A stretch of 64,000 bases of DNA from an uncultured bacterium (GCA_959020415.1 CAUERX010000001.1:15442-79441); one strand, 5' to 3'; shown: positions 18,384 to 28,276, numbered from the stretch's first letter. Made by a program: numbers and translations. Notes: generated by a model from the letters alone, not told the origin.

Positions 18384-19217
18384 ATGAAGAAAAATATTTT
18401 AAAAGGTTTTATTATTGGAATTGCCAAAATTATTCCTGGGGTTAGTGGAAGTTTACTTGCGATATCATTAGGCGTTTATGAACGGGTGCTTGAAATTATT
18501 GCTAATTTTCGGAATATTACTTGGCGTAAATTTTGCTTTATTTTGTGGTTAGCACTTGGTGCTTTAGTTGGGGTAAGTTTGTTCAGCCGGGGTGTAAAGT
18601 GGCTTTTGAATGAATTTTATTTTCCGACTATGTTACTTTTTATTGGCTTAATAATTGGCGGTCTTCCTGAAATATGGCGAGAAATACGGGGGGGAAAGTC
18701 TGGCTTTAGAAGAATAGTAATTTTCTGTTTGGCATTGACATTTTCTTACAGTCTGGGATCTTTGGGAACACTTGACACACTTGATTCTGGTAACATTTTT
18801 ATTTATTTTGGGCTTGGGTTACTTGAGGCTTTTTCTTCTATAGTACCGGGTATAAGTGGAACGGCTATTTATATGTCTTTAGGGTGTTATGACATGCTTT
18901 TAGACTTTTTTAGTAATATTTTTAATCCGGTATATTTTAAATTTGGTATTGCCTTCGCTATTGGTATTTTGGTGGGTGTTATTATTTTAGCTAAGTTAAT
19001 TACATTGTTACTTAAGCATTATAAGGTGGAGACGTATTTTGCTATTTTTGGTTTTATGGCGGCATCTTTGATTATAATGCTTAAAGAATCTTTTACAGGT
19101 GTATTTAGTGGAGCCGTCAATGGATTTACTATTTTGTTATTTTTACTTGGCATAGTTGGTTTATTTTTGGGCTATAAAATTACGATTAAAATAAATGATT
19201 TATTAGCAAGTGATTAG
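18384..19217 (+). CDS. DUF368-family polytopic membrane protein
   Basis: Two IPGVSGS/VPGISGT repeats, characteristic of DUF368. Confidence 0.8.
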   Translation: MKKNILKGFIIGIAKIIPGVSGSLLAISLGVYERVLEIIANFRNITWRKFCFILWLALGALVGVSLFSRGVKWLLNEFYFPTMLLFIGLIIGGLPEIWREIRGGKSGFRRIVIFCLALTFSYSLGSLGTLDTLDSGNIFIYFGLGLLEAFSSIVPGISGTAIYMSLGCYDMLLDFFSNIFNPVYFKFGIAFAIGILVGVIILAKLITLLLKHYKVETYFAIFGFMAASLIIMLKESFTGVFSGAVNGFTILLFLLGIVGLFLGYKITIKINDLLASD

Positions 19218-19250
19218 AATAAACGCATAATATTATATAGAGGTGATAAG

Positions 19251-19625
19251 ATGGAAAAGAAAATACCAGGTGTATTTGCAAACAAGGTTCCGAGAAAAGC
19301 TGGAAATAATAAGTCGGTTTTTGATTCAAGTAAAGAAGAGATGGGTCTACTTGATGCTGATGACAGAACTTCTAGAGTAGCTAGTAATGGTAAGACTTCA
19401 GGTATAGCTGGTTTAAGTTCTGGTAAAGTGGTTAATAAAAATATTAATCAAAAAATAAATGAGGTATTTAATTCTTCCAACTATATTTATAAAGCTGACG
19501 TTGAGCTGACGTTGAAAAGTGGCACTGTAGTTAAACGTGTTGTTGGTAGAAATTCAACACATTTGATTACGATTGAAAACGAATTAATTCCGATTTCTGA
19601 TGTTATTGATATAAAACGTAAGTAA
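19251..19625 (+). CDS. Hypothetical protein in a spore-coat neighbourhood
   Basis: GAGGTGA SD. Disordered N-terminal half and beta-rich C-terminal part. Adjacent to cotZ/Y-like and cotS-like genes. Confidence 0.45.
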   Translation: MEKKIPGVFANKVPRKAGNNKSVFDSSKEEMGLLDADDRTSRVASNGKTSGIAGLSSGKVVNKNINQKINEVFNSSNYIYKADVELTLKSGTVVKRVVGRNSTHLITIENELIPISDVIDIKRK

Positions 19626-19664
19626 TTTATTGCGAATAAAAAAAGGCTTTTTAAGGCCTTATTT

Positions 19665-20111
19665 TTATACGCATTCAACGAATGTGTCTTGTAAACATTT
19701 TAATGCGCATACGCAGTTTAAGTTCATTGTAAAGAAACTGTTAGTAGCCACATAAGGTATTGTATCTGCTTCAGTTGTATCTGGATTAGCAGCTAGAACA
19801 CGGAAAGTAGCACAGCATCCATCTACTTTTTCAACTCTAAATACACTTGAGCATGTAACACCAACGGTATCGCAAGTAACATTTTCTTTAGTTGTAGGCA
19901 TAGCCCATGGTGTTCCATTACCACAGCAGGTATATAACATTATTGGTCTAGTGTTACAACCTACTGTTGATACTGAACAACCTAGGAAACCACGGTCGCA
20001 GGTATCTAAACATGATTCAGCGCACTCAGCGTTGTCTTGTAATATGTTGATAACTGTTAGAATTTCAGAAATACATCTGCATTCGTTTGAATTGTTATTA
20101 TTGTTACACAT
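19665..20111 (-). CDS. Cys-rich spore coat/crust protein, CotZ/CotY family
   Basis: VFRVEKVDGCCATFRVL and CVCALKCL resemble the B. subtilis CotY/CotZ signature as I recall it. GGGGTGG SD before the ATG at 20111. Confidence 0.7.
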   Translation of the reverse strand: MCNNNNNSNECRCISEILTVINILQDNAECAESCLDTCDRGFLGCSVSTVGCNTRPIMLYTCCGNGTPWAMPTTKENVTCDTVGVTCSSVFRVEKVDGCCATFRVLAANPDTTEADTIPYVATNSFFTMNLNCVCALKCLQDTFVECV

Positions 20112-20274
20112 ATAATCCACCCCTTCATTTATTCTCAATATAACATATTCTAAATGTACAAAAGGGTGTAAAGTAAATACCCAGATGTTGAAGAAAATAA
20201 TATTAAGTTTTATTTATTAATTTTTTTGACATTTCAATTTGTCTATTATCATAAAATTAAATGGGGTGAATATC

Positions 20275-21279
20275 ATGAAAAATGCAATTAATTATTATTA
20301 CAACTTAATTATTGATGATATTCATCAAAATGACAAGATGTATTATTTTGATTATGGTGGAATTCGTTATGCGCTTGTTACTTATTCTGGTGATGTTAAT
20401 GCTTTACAGGAAATTTATAATTTACATCTTAATTTGCTTAGAAATGGAATATATGTTCATCAAATTATTTTAAACAAAGACAAACAAATTGTTACACTTA
20501 TTAATGGTGTTCCTTATGTTTTGATGCAAATAACATATCATGAAGGGGCAATAGATTTTAATAAAATGATAGCGTTTGCTGGGATTGGTGTATTAGATAA
20601 TCTTGAAATTATAGATATAAAAGGTTATGGTTCAGGGCAAATGGGTTATAATGTAGCGTCAAATAATAATTTTCGTGGTAGAACTAAAGGTGGCAAAAGG
20701 TCGGTTAGTAGTTCAATTTTAGAACGAATTGATTGGGGGACTCTTTGGTCTAATAAGAATGATCATTTAGAATACCAAATTAGTCAATTAGGGCAAAAAC
20801 ATCCGTTAATACGAGATAGTTTTAGTTACTTCATTGGCTTGGGGGAAACTAGTATTCAATTGGTCAATACTTTATCTATGGGAAATGTTACTAAAGTTGT
20901 TGCTCATAAAAGGATTAGAGATGATGATACGCTTTTTGATTTATATAATCCTTTGAATCTAATTATTGATAGTGAAGTCCGTGATGCCGCTGAATATTTT
21001 AAAAATAGTTTTTTTAACGGCAAGGATATTACTGATGAACTTAATTATTTTTTGGTGTATTCTAGTTTAAACGGGACTGAATATTTACTTTTTTTGGCCA
21101 GAATGTTATATCCGACGTATTATTTTGATTTATATGAAGATATTATAAGTGGGAATGAAAAGGATGAAGAAATACAAAAAATCATCGAGTTAACCGATGA
21201 TTATGAAAAACTTCTTAAAAATTTATATAGATATTATAAGACTATATTGCAAATTCCGCCAATTGAATGGTTAGAATAG
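20275..21279 (+). CDS. CotS/YutH-family spore coat kinase-like protein
   Basis: Size and N-terminal pattern of YutH/CotS. Adjacent to a YutI-like Nfu gene, as in B. subtilis. GGGGTGA SD before the ATG at 20275. Confidence 0.6.
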   Translation: MKNAINYYYNLIIDDIHQNDKMYYFDYGGIRYALVTYSGDVNALQEIYNLHLNLLRNGIYVHQIILNKDKQIVTLINGVPYVLMQITYHEGAIDFNKMIAFAGIGVLDNLEIIDIKGYGSGQMGYNVASNNNFRGRTKGGKRSVSSSILERIDWGTLWSNKNDHLEYQISQLGQKHPLIRDSFSYFIGLGETSIQLVNTLSMGNVTKVVAHKRIRDDDTLFDLYNPLNLIIDSEVRDAAEYFKNSFFNGKDITDELNYFLVYSSLNGTEYLLFLARMLYPTYYFDLYEDIISGNEKDEEIQKIIELTDDYEKLLKNLYRYYKTILQIPPIEWLE

Positions 21280-21286
21280 TTATAAA

Positions 21287-21550
21287 TTATTCAAGGTTGA
21301 TGTTTGTTATATTAATTACTTCTTTAATGTTTGGGATTTCTTCTTTTAGAGCTGATTCTACGCCTTCTTTTAGGGTAATATCAATAAGCTCGCAGCCTGC
21401 GCAGGCCCCCAACATTTTTATATAGACAATATTGTTTTCATATTTTATGAATTCAATATTTCCTCCATCACTAACTAAAAATGGACGCAATTTATCAATT
21501 ATTTCAATGATTTTTTCTTTTTCTTGATCTTCATTTGTAATTTTTGTCAT
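21287..21550 (-). CDS. NifU-like Fe-S cluster carrier (Nfu/YutI-like)
   Basis: LRPFLVSDGGNIEF...GACAGC motif. Confidence 0.85.
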   Translation of the reverse strand: MTKITNEDQEKEKIIEIIDKLRPFLVSDGGNIEFIKYENNIVYIKMLGACAGCELIDITLKEGVESALKEEIPNIKEVINITNINLE

Positions 21551-21657
21551 TATATCACCGAGTTTATTATATAATAGGATAGGGTGGAAAGTAAAGGTTT
21601 TTCTTTTGATATTTTTGTGATATAATTACTAGTAGGTTTAGATTTAGAGGTGTTTAT

Positions 21658-22035
21658 ATGGCAAAATATGAGAAAGGAAAAATTGTAAGAGGCACAGTAA
21701 CTTGTATTGAGCCTTATGGGGCTTTTGTATCTTTTGATGAAAGGTATACTGGACTTATTCATATTTCTGAGGTATCACGTGGCTTTGTCAGAAGTATTAG
21801 TGACTTTCTAAGTGTAGGTGACCACATTTATGCTGAAGTGTTAGACGTTGATGAAGAGAAATTTCATTTGAAGCTTAGTATTAAAAATGTTCAGTATAAA
21901 GTTAATGGAGCACCACGTCGTAGAAAAGTCGTGGAAACTAAGTCTGGCTTTAAGACTTTAGCTTTAAAACTGCCTATCTGGACAGCTGAAAAAATAAAAA
22001 GTATTAAAAAAGAAGAAAAGAGTATTGACAAATAA
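21658..22035 (+). CDS. S1 domain RNA-binding protein (YugI/GSP13-like)
   Basis: G.IV.G.V..I..YGAFV......GLIHISE, typical S1 fold. Confidence 0.85.
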   Translation: MAKYEKGKIVRGTVTCIEPYGAFVSFDERYTGLIHISEVSRGFVRSISDFLSVGDHIYAEVLDVDEEKFHLKLSIKNVQYKVNGAPRRRKVVETKSGFKTLALKLPIWTAEKIKSIKKEEKSIDK

Positions 22036-22074
22036 TTGTTTAAATGTTATATTTAATTACGTCCAGAGGTAATC

Positions 22075-22151
22075 GGGCGATTAGCTCAGTTGGTTAGAGC
22101 ACCTGCCTTACAAGCAGGGGGTCATAGGTTCGAGTCCTATATCGCCCACCA
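22075..22151 (+). tRNA. tRNA-Val(TAC)
   Basis: Cloverleaf foldable by hand. Anticodon loop cuTACaa. Encoded CCA. Confidence 0.9.
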
Positions 22152-22159
22152 TTTTTTTT

Positions 22160-22235
<76 letters not shown>

Positions 22236-22241
22236 TTTTTT

Positions 22242-22325
22242 GGAGAGGTAGCGAAGTGGCTAAACGCGGCAGACTGTAAATCTGTTCCTTCGGGTTCGAT
22301 GGTTCGAATCCATCTCTCTCCACCA
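22242..22325 (+). tRNA. tRNA-Tyr(GTA)
   Basis: Anticodon loop cuGTAaa, long variable arm, encoded CCA. Confidence 0.9.
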
Positions 22326-22334
22326 TTACTGTAT

Positions 22335-22409
22335 TGCCTCGTGGCCAAGCGGTAAGGCACCACACTTTGACTGTGGCATTCGCTAGTTCGAATCTAGCCG
22401 AGGCAGCCA
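22335..22409 (+). tRNA. tRNA-Gln(TTG)
   Basis: Anticodon loop cuTTGac, acceptor TGCCTCG/CGAGGCA, encoded CCA. Confidence 0.9.
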
Positions 22410-22417
22410 TTATATTT

Positions 22418-22493
22418 GTCCTGTTAGCTCAGTCGGTAGAGCATTTGACTTTTAATCAAAGGGTCGTGAGTTCGAATCTCGCACAGGACACCA
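22418..22493 (+). tRNA. tRNA-Lys(TTT)
   Basis: Anticodon loop cuTTTaa, encoded CCA. Confidence 0.9.
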
Positions 22494-22504
22494 TTTCGTA
22501 TGTT

Positions 22505-22536
22505 AAGAAATCCTTTATTTTTTAAGGATTTCTTTT
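22505..22536 (+). terminator. Terminator of the first tRNA operon
   Basis: AAGAAATCCTT-loop-AAGGATTTCTT followed by a T-run. Confidence 0.7.
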
Positions 22537-22851
22537 ATTAATAATTATTATATATTTTTATAAAAGCAAAAAGATTAGTTAAGTGTATAAGGTGTTGATA
22601 ACGAATAGAAGAATATATTTTATTGATAAAATATATTGCATATAGGTAATAAAAATAAATTTTTAAACATATATTATTTATGGGTTGATAAAAATCAAAA
22701 AATTTGCTAAAATATATTTGCAAATACGTTTTAGATTTGTTTTACATTTAAAAATCTAAAAAAATGCAAAAAAATGTTTATTTTTATGAAAATTATGTTA
22801 TAATTAATATGTTCTGTTTTTAAGAAACAGAATGTAAGTATGAATTTAGAT

Positions 22852-22940
22852 GCCTGAGTGGCGAAATTGGTAGACGCACAGGACTTAAAATCCTGCGGGA
22901 GTCATATCCCGTGCCGGTTCAAGTCCGGCCTTAGGCACCA
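22852..22940 (+). tRNA. tRNA-Leu(TAA)
   Basis: Anticodon loop cuTAAaa, long variable arm, encoded CCA. Confidence 0.9.
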
Positions 22941-22950
22941 TTTCTTGTTT

Positions 22951-23041
22951 GGAGAAATACCCAAGTCTGGTTGAAGGGATTGGTCTTGAAAACCAAGAGG
23001 TCGGAAACGGCGCGGGGGTTCGAATCCCTCTTTCTCCGCCA
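22951..23041 (+). tRNA. tRNA-Ser(TGA)
   Basis: Anticodon loop cuTGAaa, long variable arm, encoded CCA. Confidence 0.9.
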
Positions 23042-23072
23042 ATTTTTGTTTATATTTTGTTTTTGGTAATAT

Positions 23073-23149
23073 CGCGGGATGGAGCAGTTTGGTAGCTCGT
23101 TGGGCTCATAACCCGAAGGTCGTTGGTTCAAATCCAGCTCCCGCAACCA
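23073..23149 (+). tRNA. Initiator tRNA-fMet(CAT)
   Basis: C1-A72 mismatch, three G-C pairs closing the anticodon stem (GGGcuCATaaCCC), encoded CCA. Confidence 0.85.
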
Positions 23150-23155
23150 AAATTT

Positions 23156-23231
23156 GGTCCCGTGGTGTAGCGGTTATCACGTCTGCCTGTCACGCAGAAG
23201 ATCGCGAGTTCAATTCTCGTCGGGACCGCCA
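23156..23231 (+). tRNA. tRNA-Asp(GTC)
   Basis: Anticodon loop cuGTCac, encoded CCA. Confidence 0.9.
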
Positions 23232-23240
23232 TTTTATTTT

Positions 23241-23316
<76 letters not shown>

Positions 23317-23352
23317 TTAAATTATTCGTTCATTTAGACTTACTAAAGTCTT

Positions 23353-23429
23353 GCGCCCATAGCTCAATTGGATAGAGCGTTTGACTACGGATCAAAAGGT
23401 TATGGGTTCGACTCCTATTGGGCGCGCCA
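23353..23429 (+). tRNA. tRNA-Arg(ACG)
   Basis: Anticodon loop cuACGga, encoded CCA. Confidence 0.9.
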
Positions 23430-23432
23430 TTA

Positions 23433-23509
23433 CGGGAAGTAGTTCAACTTGGTAGAGCACTTGGTTTGGGACCAAGCTGTTGCAGGTTCAAATCCTGTCT
23501 TCCCGACCA
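23433..23509 (+). tRNA. tRNA-Pro(TGG)
   Basis: Anticodon loop uuTGGga, encoded CCA. Confidence 0.9.
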
Positions 23510-23521
23510 TTTCGTAAAGAT

Positions 23522-23542
23522 AACCGCGGTAGCGGTTTTTTT
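23522..23542 (+). terminator. Terminator of the second tRNA operon
   Basis: AACCGC-ggta-GCGGTT followed by T6. Confidence 0.6.
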
Positions 23543-23608
23543 ATGTTCAAAATGGAGTGTGTAGCAAATAATGCAACAGCTTAACCAAACCATCTTGTGC
23601 TTTAGTAT

Positions 23609-24346
23609 TTAGTTTAATTTATAATATATTTTTTCTAAATTTTTTTCTTCAATATCAAAACTCGTTCCATGATCATGTATTTGCCCATATCTATATCCAT
23701 CTTTAAAAACGTTAATTCGAAAACTTACTCTGATGCATCCTTCTTCAATTGCTTTAATAAATGTTTTGAAGTCTTTTAATATATATAATTGGTGTTTAGT
23801 GTATCGAAAGAAAACCTCGTTATGCTCAAATTTTCTTTCGGCTTTAACAAATAGTAAATATTTTAATTTTCTATTTACTTTTTCTTCAATCATAGAAAAT
23901 GACCAAGCACAGTTATTATCAATGATTTTTCCCTCGTTATTAAATACATGTAGGACTATTTGCTCTTTTTTGTAATCAACATGTAACTTAAAGTAATGGT
24001 TATTTCCTCCATATACCTTTTTGTTGCTGTAAATAGACATATTGAACACATTTAAATCCTTGTCTTTATAGTATGGATAACTATATAATTCGTGAATTCT
24101 TTTTATCTCGTATAGATAGCTATTAGGCGTTGCGCTAAAAAGAGTTATATAAGTATAAAATTTGGAATTAGTTTTGGTTTTTATTTCAATTTCTCCATAA
24201 TCTGGGATTTCAAAGTTATTTTTTTCAATGCCTAGTGCTTTTTCAAATGTTTTTCCACTGGCGGCTGTTCCTTTAATTTCGCTTTTAATCCATCCCTTTT
24301 CTTTTATTTTTTCCGTTTTAATTATTAGTTCTTTTAAGTCGTTCAT
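23609..24346 (-). CDS. PD-(D/E)XK nuclease resembling the MvaI/BcnI restriction endonuclease family; no methyltransferase nearby
   Basis: PDYGEIEIK (PD...ExK) catalytic motif. N-terminal KIKEKGWI and C-terminal HDHGTSF segments resemble BcnI as I recall it. GAAAGGAAA SD before the ATG at 24346. Confidence 0.55.
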   Translation of the reverse strand: MNDLKELIIKTEKIKEKGWIKSEIKGTAASGKTFEKALGIEKNNFEIPDYGEIEIKTKTNSKFYTYITLFSATPNSYLYEIKRIHELYSYPYYKDKDLNVFNMSIYSNKKVYGGNNHYFKLHVDYKKEQIVLHVFNNEGKIIDNNCAWSFSMIEEKVNRKLKYLLFVKAERKFEHNEVFFRYTKHQLYILKDFKTFIKAIEEGCIRVSFRINVFKDGYRYGQIHDHGTSFDIEEKNLEKIYYKLN

Positions 24347-24545
24347 TGTCGTTTCCTTTCTATAAATTAACTTGTCAAAAATATTTTCTCTTATATATAT
24401 CTTACAATTTTTGTTTTGTAAATCCTTTTTATTTTGCAAAAAAAATTACTTTTTTTAAATTTTCTATTTTTATTGTACTAAGTATTAATTCTTGATATAA
24501 TGTTTAAGTTATGTTGAAGAAAATGCAATAAAGGTAGGTGGGATA

Positions 24546-25295
24546 GTGAAGATTATATCTTGGAATGTAGCTGGGTATCGAGCATGTATTAAAAAAGGTT
24601 TTATTGATTTTTTTGAGAATGAGCAGGCTGATGTTTTTTGTTTGCAGGAAGTTAAAGCGACTGAAGTACAAATACCGTACCATCCAGAGGGATATTTTTG
24701 TTATTTAAATGAGGCAGATAAAAAAGGGTATTCGGGTACTTTGATTTATACTAAAGTAAGGCCTGAGTCTGTTACGTTTGGAATAGGTATTGATGAACAT
24801 GACCATGAGGGTCGCGTTATTACGCTTGAATTAAATAATTTTTATTTGGTTAATGTGTATGTACCTAATGCTAAAAGAGGCCTTGAAAGGTTAGACTATC
24901 GAGTTAAATGGGAAAAAGATTTTCTTAATTATTTGAAGCAGCTTGAAAGAAATAAACCAGTAGTTGTTTGCGGAGATTTTAATGTAGCGCATCAAGAAAT
25001 AGATCTTCGCAATCCTAAACAGAATGTTGATAATGCTGGATTTACATATGAAGAGCGCGGGTGTTTTACTAATTTGCTTAATGCTGGTTTTATAGATACA
25101 TATCGTTATTTTTATCCAAGTAAAGAGGCATATACATGGTGGAGCTATATGTCAGCAGCAAGAGAGCGTAATATAGGCTGGAGAATTGATTATTTTATTG
25201 TGTCTAAACCTTTTATTTCTCATGTTGAAGATTCCGTAATTTATAGTGATGTTTTAGGAAGTGATCATTGCCCAATAGGTTTAATTTTGAAGTAA
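24546..25295 (+). CDS. xth: Exodeoxyribonuclease III (Xth/ExoA family AP endonuclease)
   Basis: KIISWNV.G, LQE.K, GDFNVAH, SDHCP motifs. GTG start with AGGTGGG SD. Confidence 0.9.
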   Translation: MKIISWNVAGYRACIKKGFIDFFENEQADVFCLQEVKATEVQIPYHPEGYFCYLNEADKKGYSGTLIYTKVRPESVTFGIGIDEHDHEGRVITLELNNFYLVNVYVPNAKRGLERLDYRVKWEKDFLNYLKQLERNKPVVVCGDFNVAHQEIDLRNPKQNVDNAGFTYEERGCFTNLLNAGFIDTYRYFYPSKEAYTWWSYMSAARERNIGWRIDYFIVSKPFISHVEDSVIYSDVLGSDHCPIGLILK

Positions 25296-25363
25296 TTTGT
25301 TTTAGAGCATAAAAAAGAACACCTAAAGATAAAATAATAGTGGGTGATAACACGAAAGTTTAT

Positions 25364-25824
25364 ATGAAACCAAGAGTAGAGAAGAAAATTTAATGTATGC
25401 GGAGATTTTGCAGGCAAAAATAGTGAAATTACTGCAATCAATTTGTATGTTTATCAGCACCTTAACTTATTTCAAAATTATCCGACTGTTTCTAAAGATT
25501 TGAAAGAGATAGCGGAGACAGAAATGTATCATTTAAATTTACTAGGTGAAACAATTAAATTATTAGGTGGTGATCTACAGCTATTAATTGCGTGACGGAG
25601 GCTAAAATACCTTGGATAGCCGAAAATGTAAATTATAATGATAATTTAAAAGAAATGATTTTGTATGATATTAATAGTGATTACAAGCAATAACTATTTA
25701 TAGAGAACATAGTTTGTTAATCAATGATAAATATATAAGGTAGTTGTTAAAAGAAATTATTGCTGATGAAGAAGAACATTTAAAAATATTTAGAGGCATA
25801 TATGCGCTGATATGTGATAATTAA
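25364..25824 (+). pseudogene. Decayed ferritin-like (rubrerythrin/bacterioferritin superfamily) gene
   Basis: Recognisable pieces lie in three frames with stops between them: NLMYAEILQ / DFAGKNSEITAINLYVYQH...IAETEMYHLNLLGETIKLLGG / PWIAENVNYNDNLKEMILYDINS / LLKEIIADEEEHLKIFRGIY. No ORF of 60 aa or more. Confidence 0.6.
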
Positions 25825-25918
25825 TCATAGATACGCTAGAAAAATTTTCTATTTTATTGATATGTTTATAATGTAAATGTAGTTAGGAGTTGGAGGGCAG
25901 GAGGGTGGTTTTGGCTAA

Positions 25919-26587
25919 ATGAAAACAGATGTTTCTTTAGAAAATATGTCCCATAGTATTGCATATTGGTATACGGATTTTTATAATACAAAAAGTAAAG
26001 AAATAATTTTTCCAGTAAGGAATAATGAACGCGATTATACATATAAATTACTTAGAATGAAATATAGTGACGCGGATGTTATTGTATCACTAGAAAATAG
26101 AATTTATTAGATAAATAGGGATGTATTTATTGAACGTGAAAGAGAATCGTGTATGGTGTTTGTAGAAGATATAAGTGGTAATAAAATAAAACGAAGAACG
26201 ATAAATGAAATTCAACCTTATTGTCTTTGTGACGAAGATACACCGAAAACAAATGAATACACCGAAAAACTTTTTTCACATAAAATCCCGTTTTCAGTAA
26301 TTGAATTTACTTTTGGACTTAATAGTGAATTTGAGGAATATGATAATTTTTCTGTTAATAAAGTAGTAGAATTTCTTAAAAGCAAAATTAGAGGATTATC
26401 TTATTTGAATTTAGATACAAAAAAAGTTAGAAGTACAGACGTTATTGCTTCAATAAATGCTTCACAGTTATTTATTGTGTTGACAAATAAGGCTGAAAGT
26501 TTAAATGATTTATTAAAAGCTTTTTTTAAGTTTCATTTGAGATTTATATCTTTAAATCAAAAGATTATCAAACTAATTTTGAAATGA
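25919..26587 (+). pseudogene. Hypothetical gene interrupted by one in-frame TAG
   Basis: ORFs 25919-26110 and 26153-26587 share a frame. The only stop between them is TAG at 26108-26110. Confidence 0.45.
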
Positions 26588-26622
26588 AAAAAGTATGGAA
26601 GTAGACTGTATAAATAGATAGT

Positions 26623-26660
26623 GTTCATAGTAAATATTATATTTACTATGAACTTTTTTA
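26623..26660 (+). terminator. Intrinsic terminator
   Basis: GTTCATAGTAAAT-loop-ATTTACTATGAAC followed by T6. Confidence 0.65.
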
Positions 26661-26766
26661 TTTGCAATTGTGGTTATTTTATGTGAGTGTTATTTTCATT
26701 ATAGTTCTACTTTGAAAATAAACATAAATATGTTAAAATATTAATAGTATAAAAAAGGAGGATATT

Positions 26767-27300
26767 ATGAAAATTTTATTAATTATAATTTTAGCAATTG
26801 TTATTTTGATAGTTGTTTTATATAACTATTTAGTAAAACTAAATATAAGATGTAAAAATGCTTGGTCACAAATTGATAATCAATTAAAGAGAAGAGCCGA
26901 TTTAATTCCAAATTTAGTTGAGGTGACTAAAGGATATGCAGCATATGAAAGCCAAGTGTTAGTAGATGTGGTTAATGCAAGAAACCAAGCTAATTCTATG
27001 AGTGATCTTGCTAAGAATACTGAGGAAGTTAGTAATAATTTGAAAAGTTTATTGGCTTTGGGTGAAAATTATCCAGATTTAAAGGCAAATGAAGTTTTCA
27101 AAAATTTGCAGATCGAATTAACAGGAACAGAGGATAAGATTGCCTTTGCAAGACAATTTTATAATGATTCTGTGCAACATTACAATACTGCTATAATGGT
27201 ATTTCCAAATAATATTATGGCAAAGATGATGAAATATAAGGAAAAAGAATATTTTCAAGTTAGTGATAGTGAAAAAGAACTAGTAAAGGTGGAATTATAA
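26767..27300 (+). CDS. LemA family protein
   Basis: N-terminal TM helix plus the LemA signature (WSQIDNQLKRRADLIPNLVE). Paired with an HtpX-like protease. Confidence 0.9.
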   Translation: MKILLIIILAIVILIVVLYNYLVKLNIRCKNAWSQIDNQLKRRADLIPNLVEVTKGYAAYESQVLVDVVNARNQANSMSDLAKNTEEVSNNLKSLLALGENYPDLKANEVFKNLQIELTGTEDKIAFARQFYNDSVQHYNTAIMVFPNNIMAKMMKYKEKEYFQVSDSEKELVKVEL

Positions 27301-27301
27301 A

Positions 27302-28177
27302 ATGATTTTAAGAGATGTACGTAGAAATAAGTTCAAAACTGGATTAATTATTACTTTATTTTTTGTTTTTATTACGCTATTAGTCTATTTTCTTTCTTTA
27401 TGGTTTTTTGATAATGTTTATATTGCTGCCTTTATCGGATTATCTATTTCATTTATTTCAGCATTTGTATCTTACTACAATTCTGATAAAATGATATTAA
27501 GTATTAATAATGCTAGACCAGCAACACGTGAAGAGTTTTTACAATTAAATGTTTCGTTAGAATCTTTATGTATTAGTGCAGGGTTACCAATGCCAAAGCT
27601 TTACGTTATGGATACTCCGGCTTTAAATGCATTTGCAACTGGTAGAAATCCTGAACATTCAGTTGTTTGTGTGACAACAGGATTGCTTGACAAACTAGAT
27701 AAATATGAGATGGAAGGCGTTTTAGCACACGAGTTATCACATATCAAAAATTATGATATTTTAGTATCAACAATAGCTATTGTAATGGTTGGATTTGTTT
27801 CAATTTTAGCTGATATTTGTTCTAGAAGTTTAATTTTTGGTAATCGTGATGAGGATAGTAAAGCAGGGGCTGTTTTAATGATAGTTGGTCTTGTATTTAT
27901 TATTTTATCACCAATTTTTGCGACATTGCTTAAGTTGGCGATATCTCGTAATCGTGAGTATTTAGCAGATGCTAGCGCCGTGGAAATTGCCCGTAATAAG
28001 GAAGGGCTTATTAGAGCTTTAGAAAAGTTGGAAACTGAAAATGAGCCAATTCAGGTTAATAAGGCTACAGAATCTTTGTTTATTGTAAACCCATTAAAGG
28101 GAAAAGAAAAGGATTCTTTATGGAGTACACATCCAAGTACAGTTAACCGTATCCAAAAGTTACAAAATATTCAATAA
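27302..28177 (+). CDS. htpX: M48-family zinc metalloprotease (HtpX-like)
   Basis: HELSHIKNYD (HExxH), four TM segments, EYLADA third-ligand motif. Confidence 0.9.
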   Translation: MILRDVRRNKFKTGLIITLFFVFITLLVYFLSLWFFDNVYIAAFIGLSISFISAFVSYYNSDKMILSINNARPATREEFLQLNVSLESLCISAGLPMPKLYVMDTPALNAFATGRNPEHSVVCVTTGLLDKLDKYEMEGVLAHELSHIKNYDILVSTIAIVMVGFVSILADICSRSLIFGNRDEDSKAGAVLMIVGLVFIILSPIFATLLKLAISRNREYLADASAVEIARNKEGLIRALEKLETENEPIQVNKATESLFIVNPLKGKEKDSLWSTHPSTVNRIQKLQNIQ

Positions 28178-28276
28178 GCCTGATGGCTTATTTTAGTATA
28201 ATGTGAAATTTGTGTGATATACTGGATAAAATGTCGGAAATATGTTATTATTATATAGGAAATGAGGTAGAAATAT

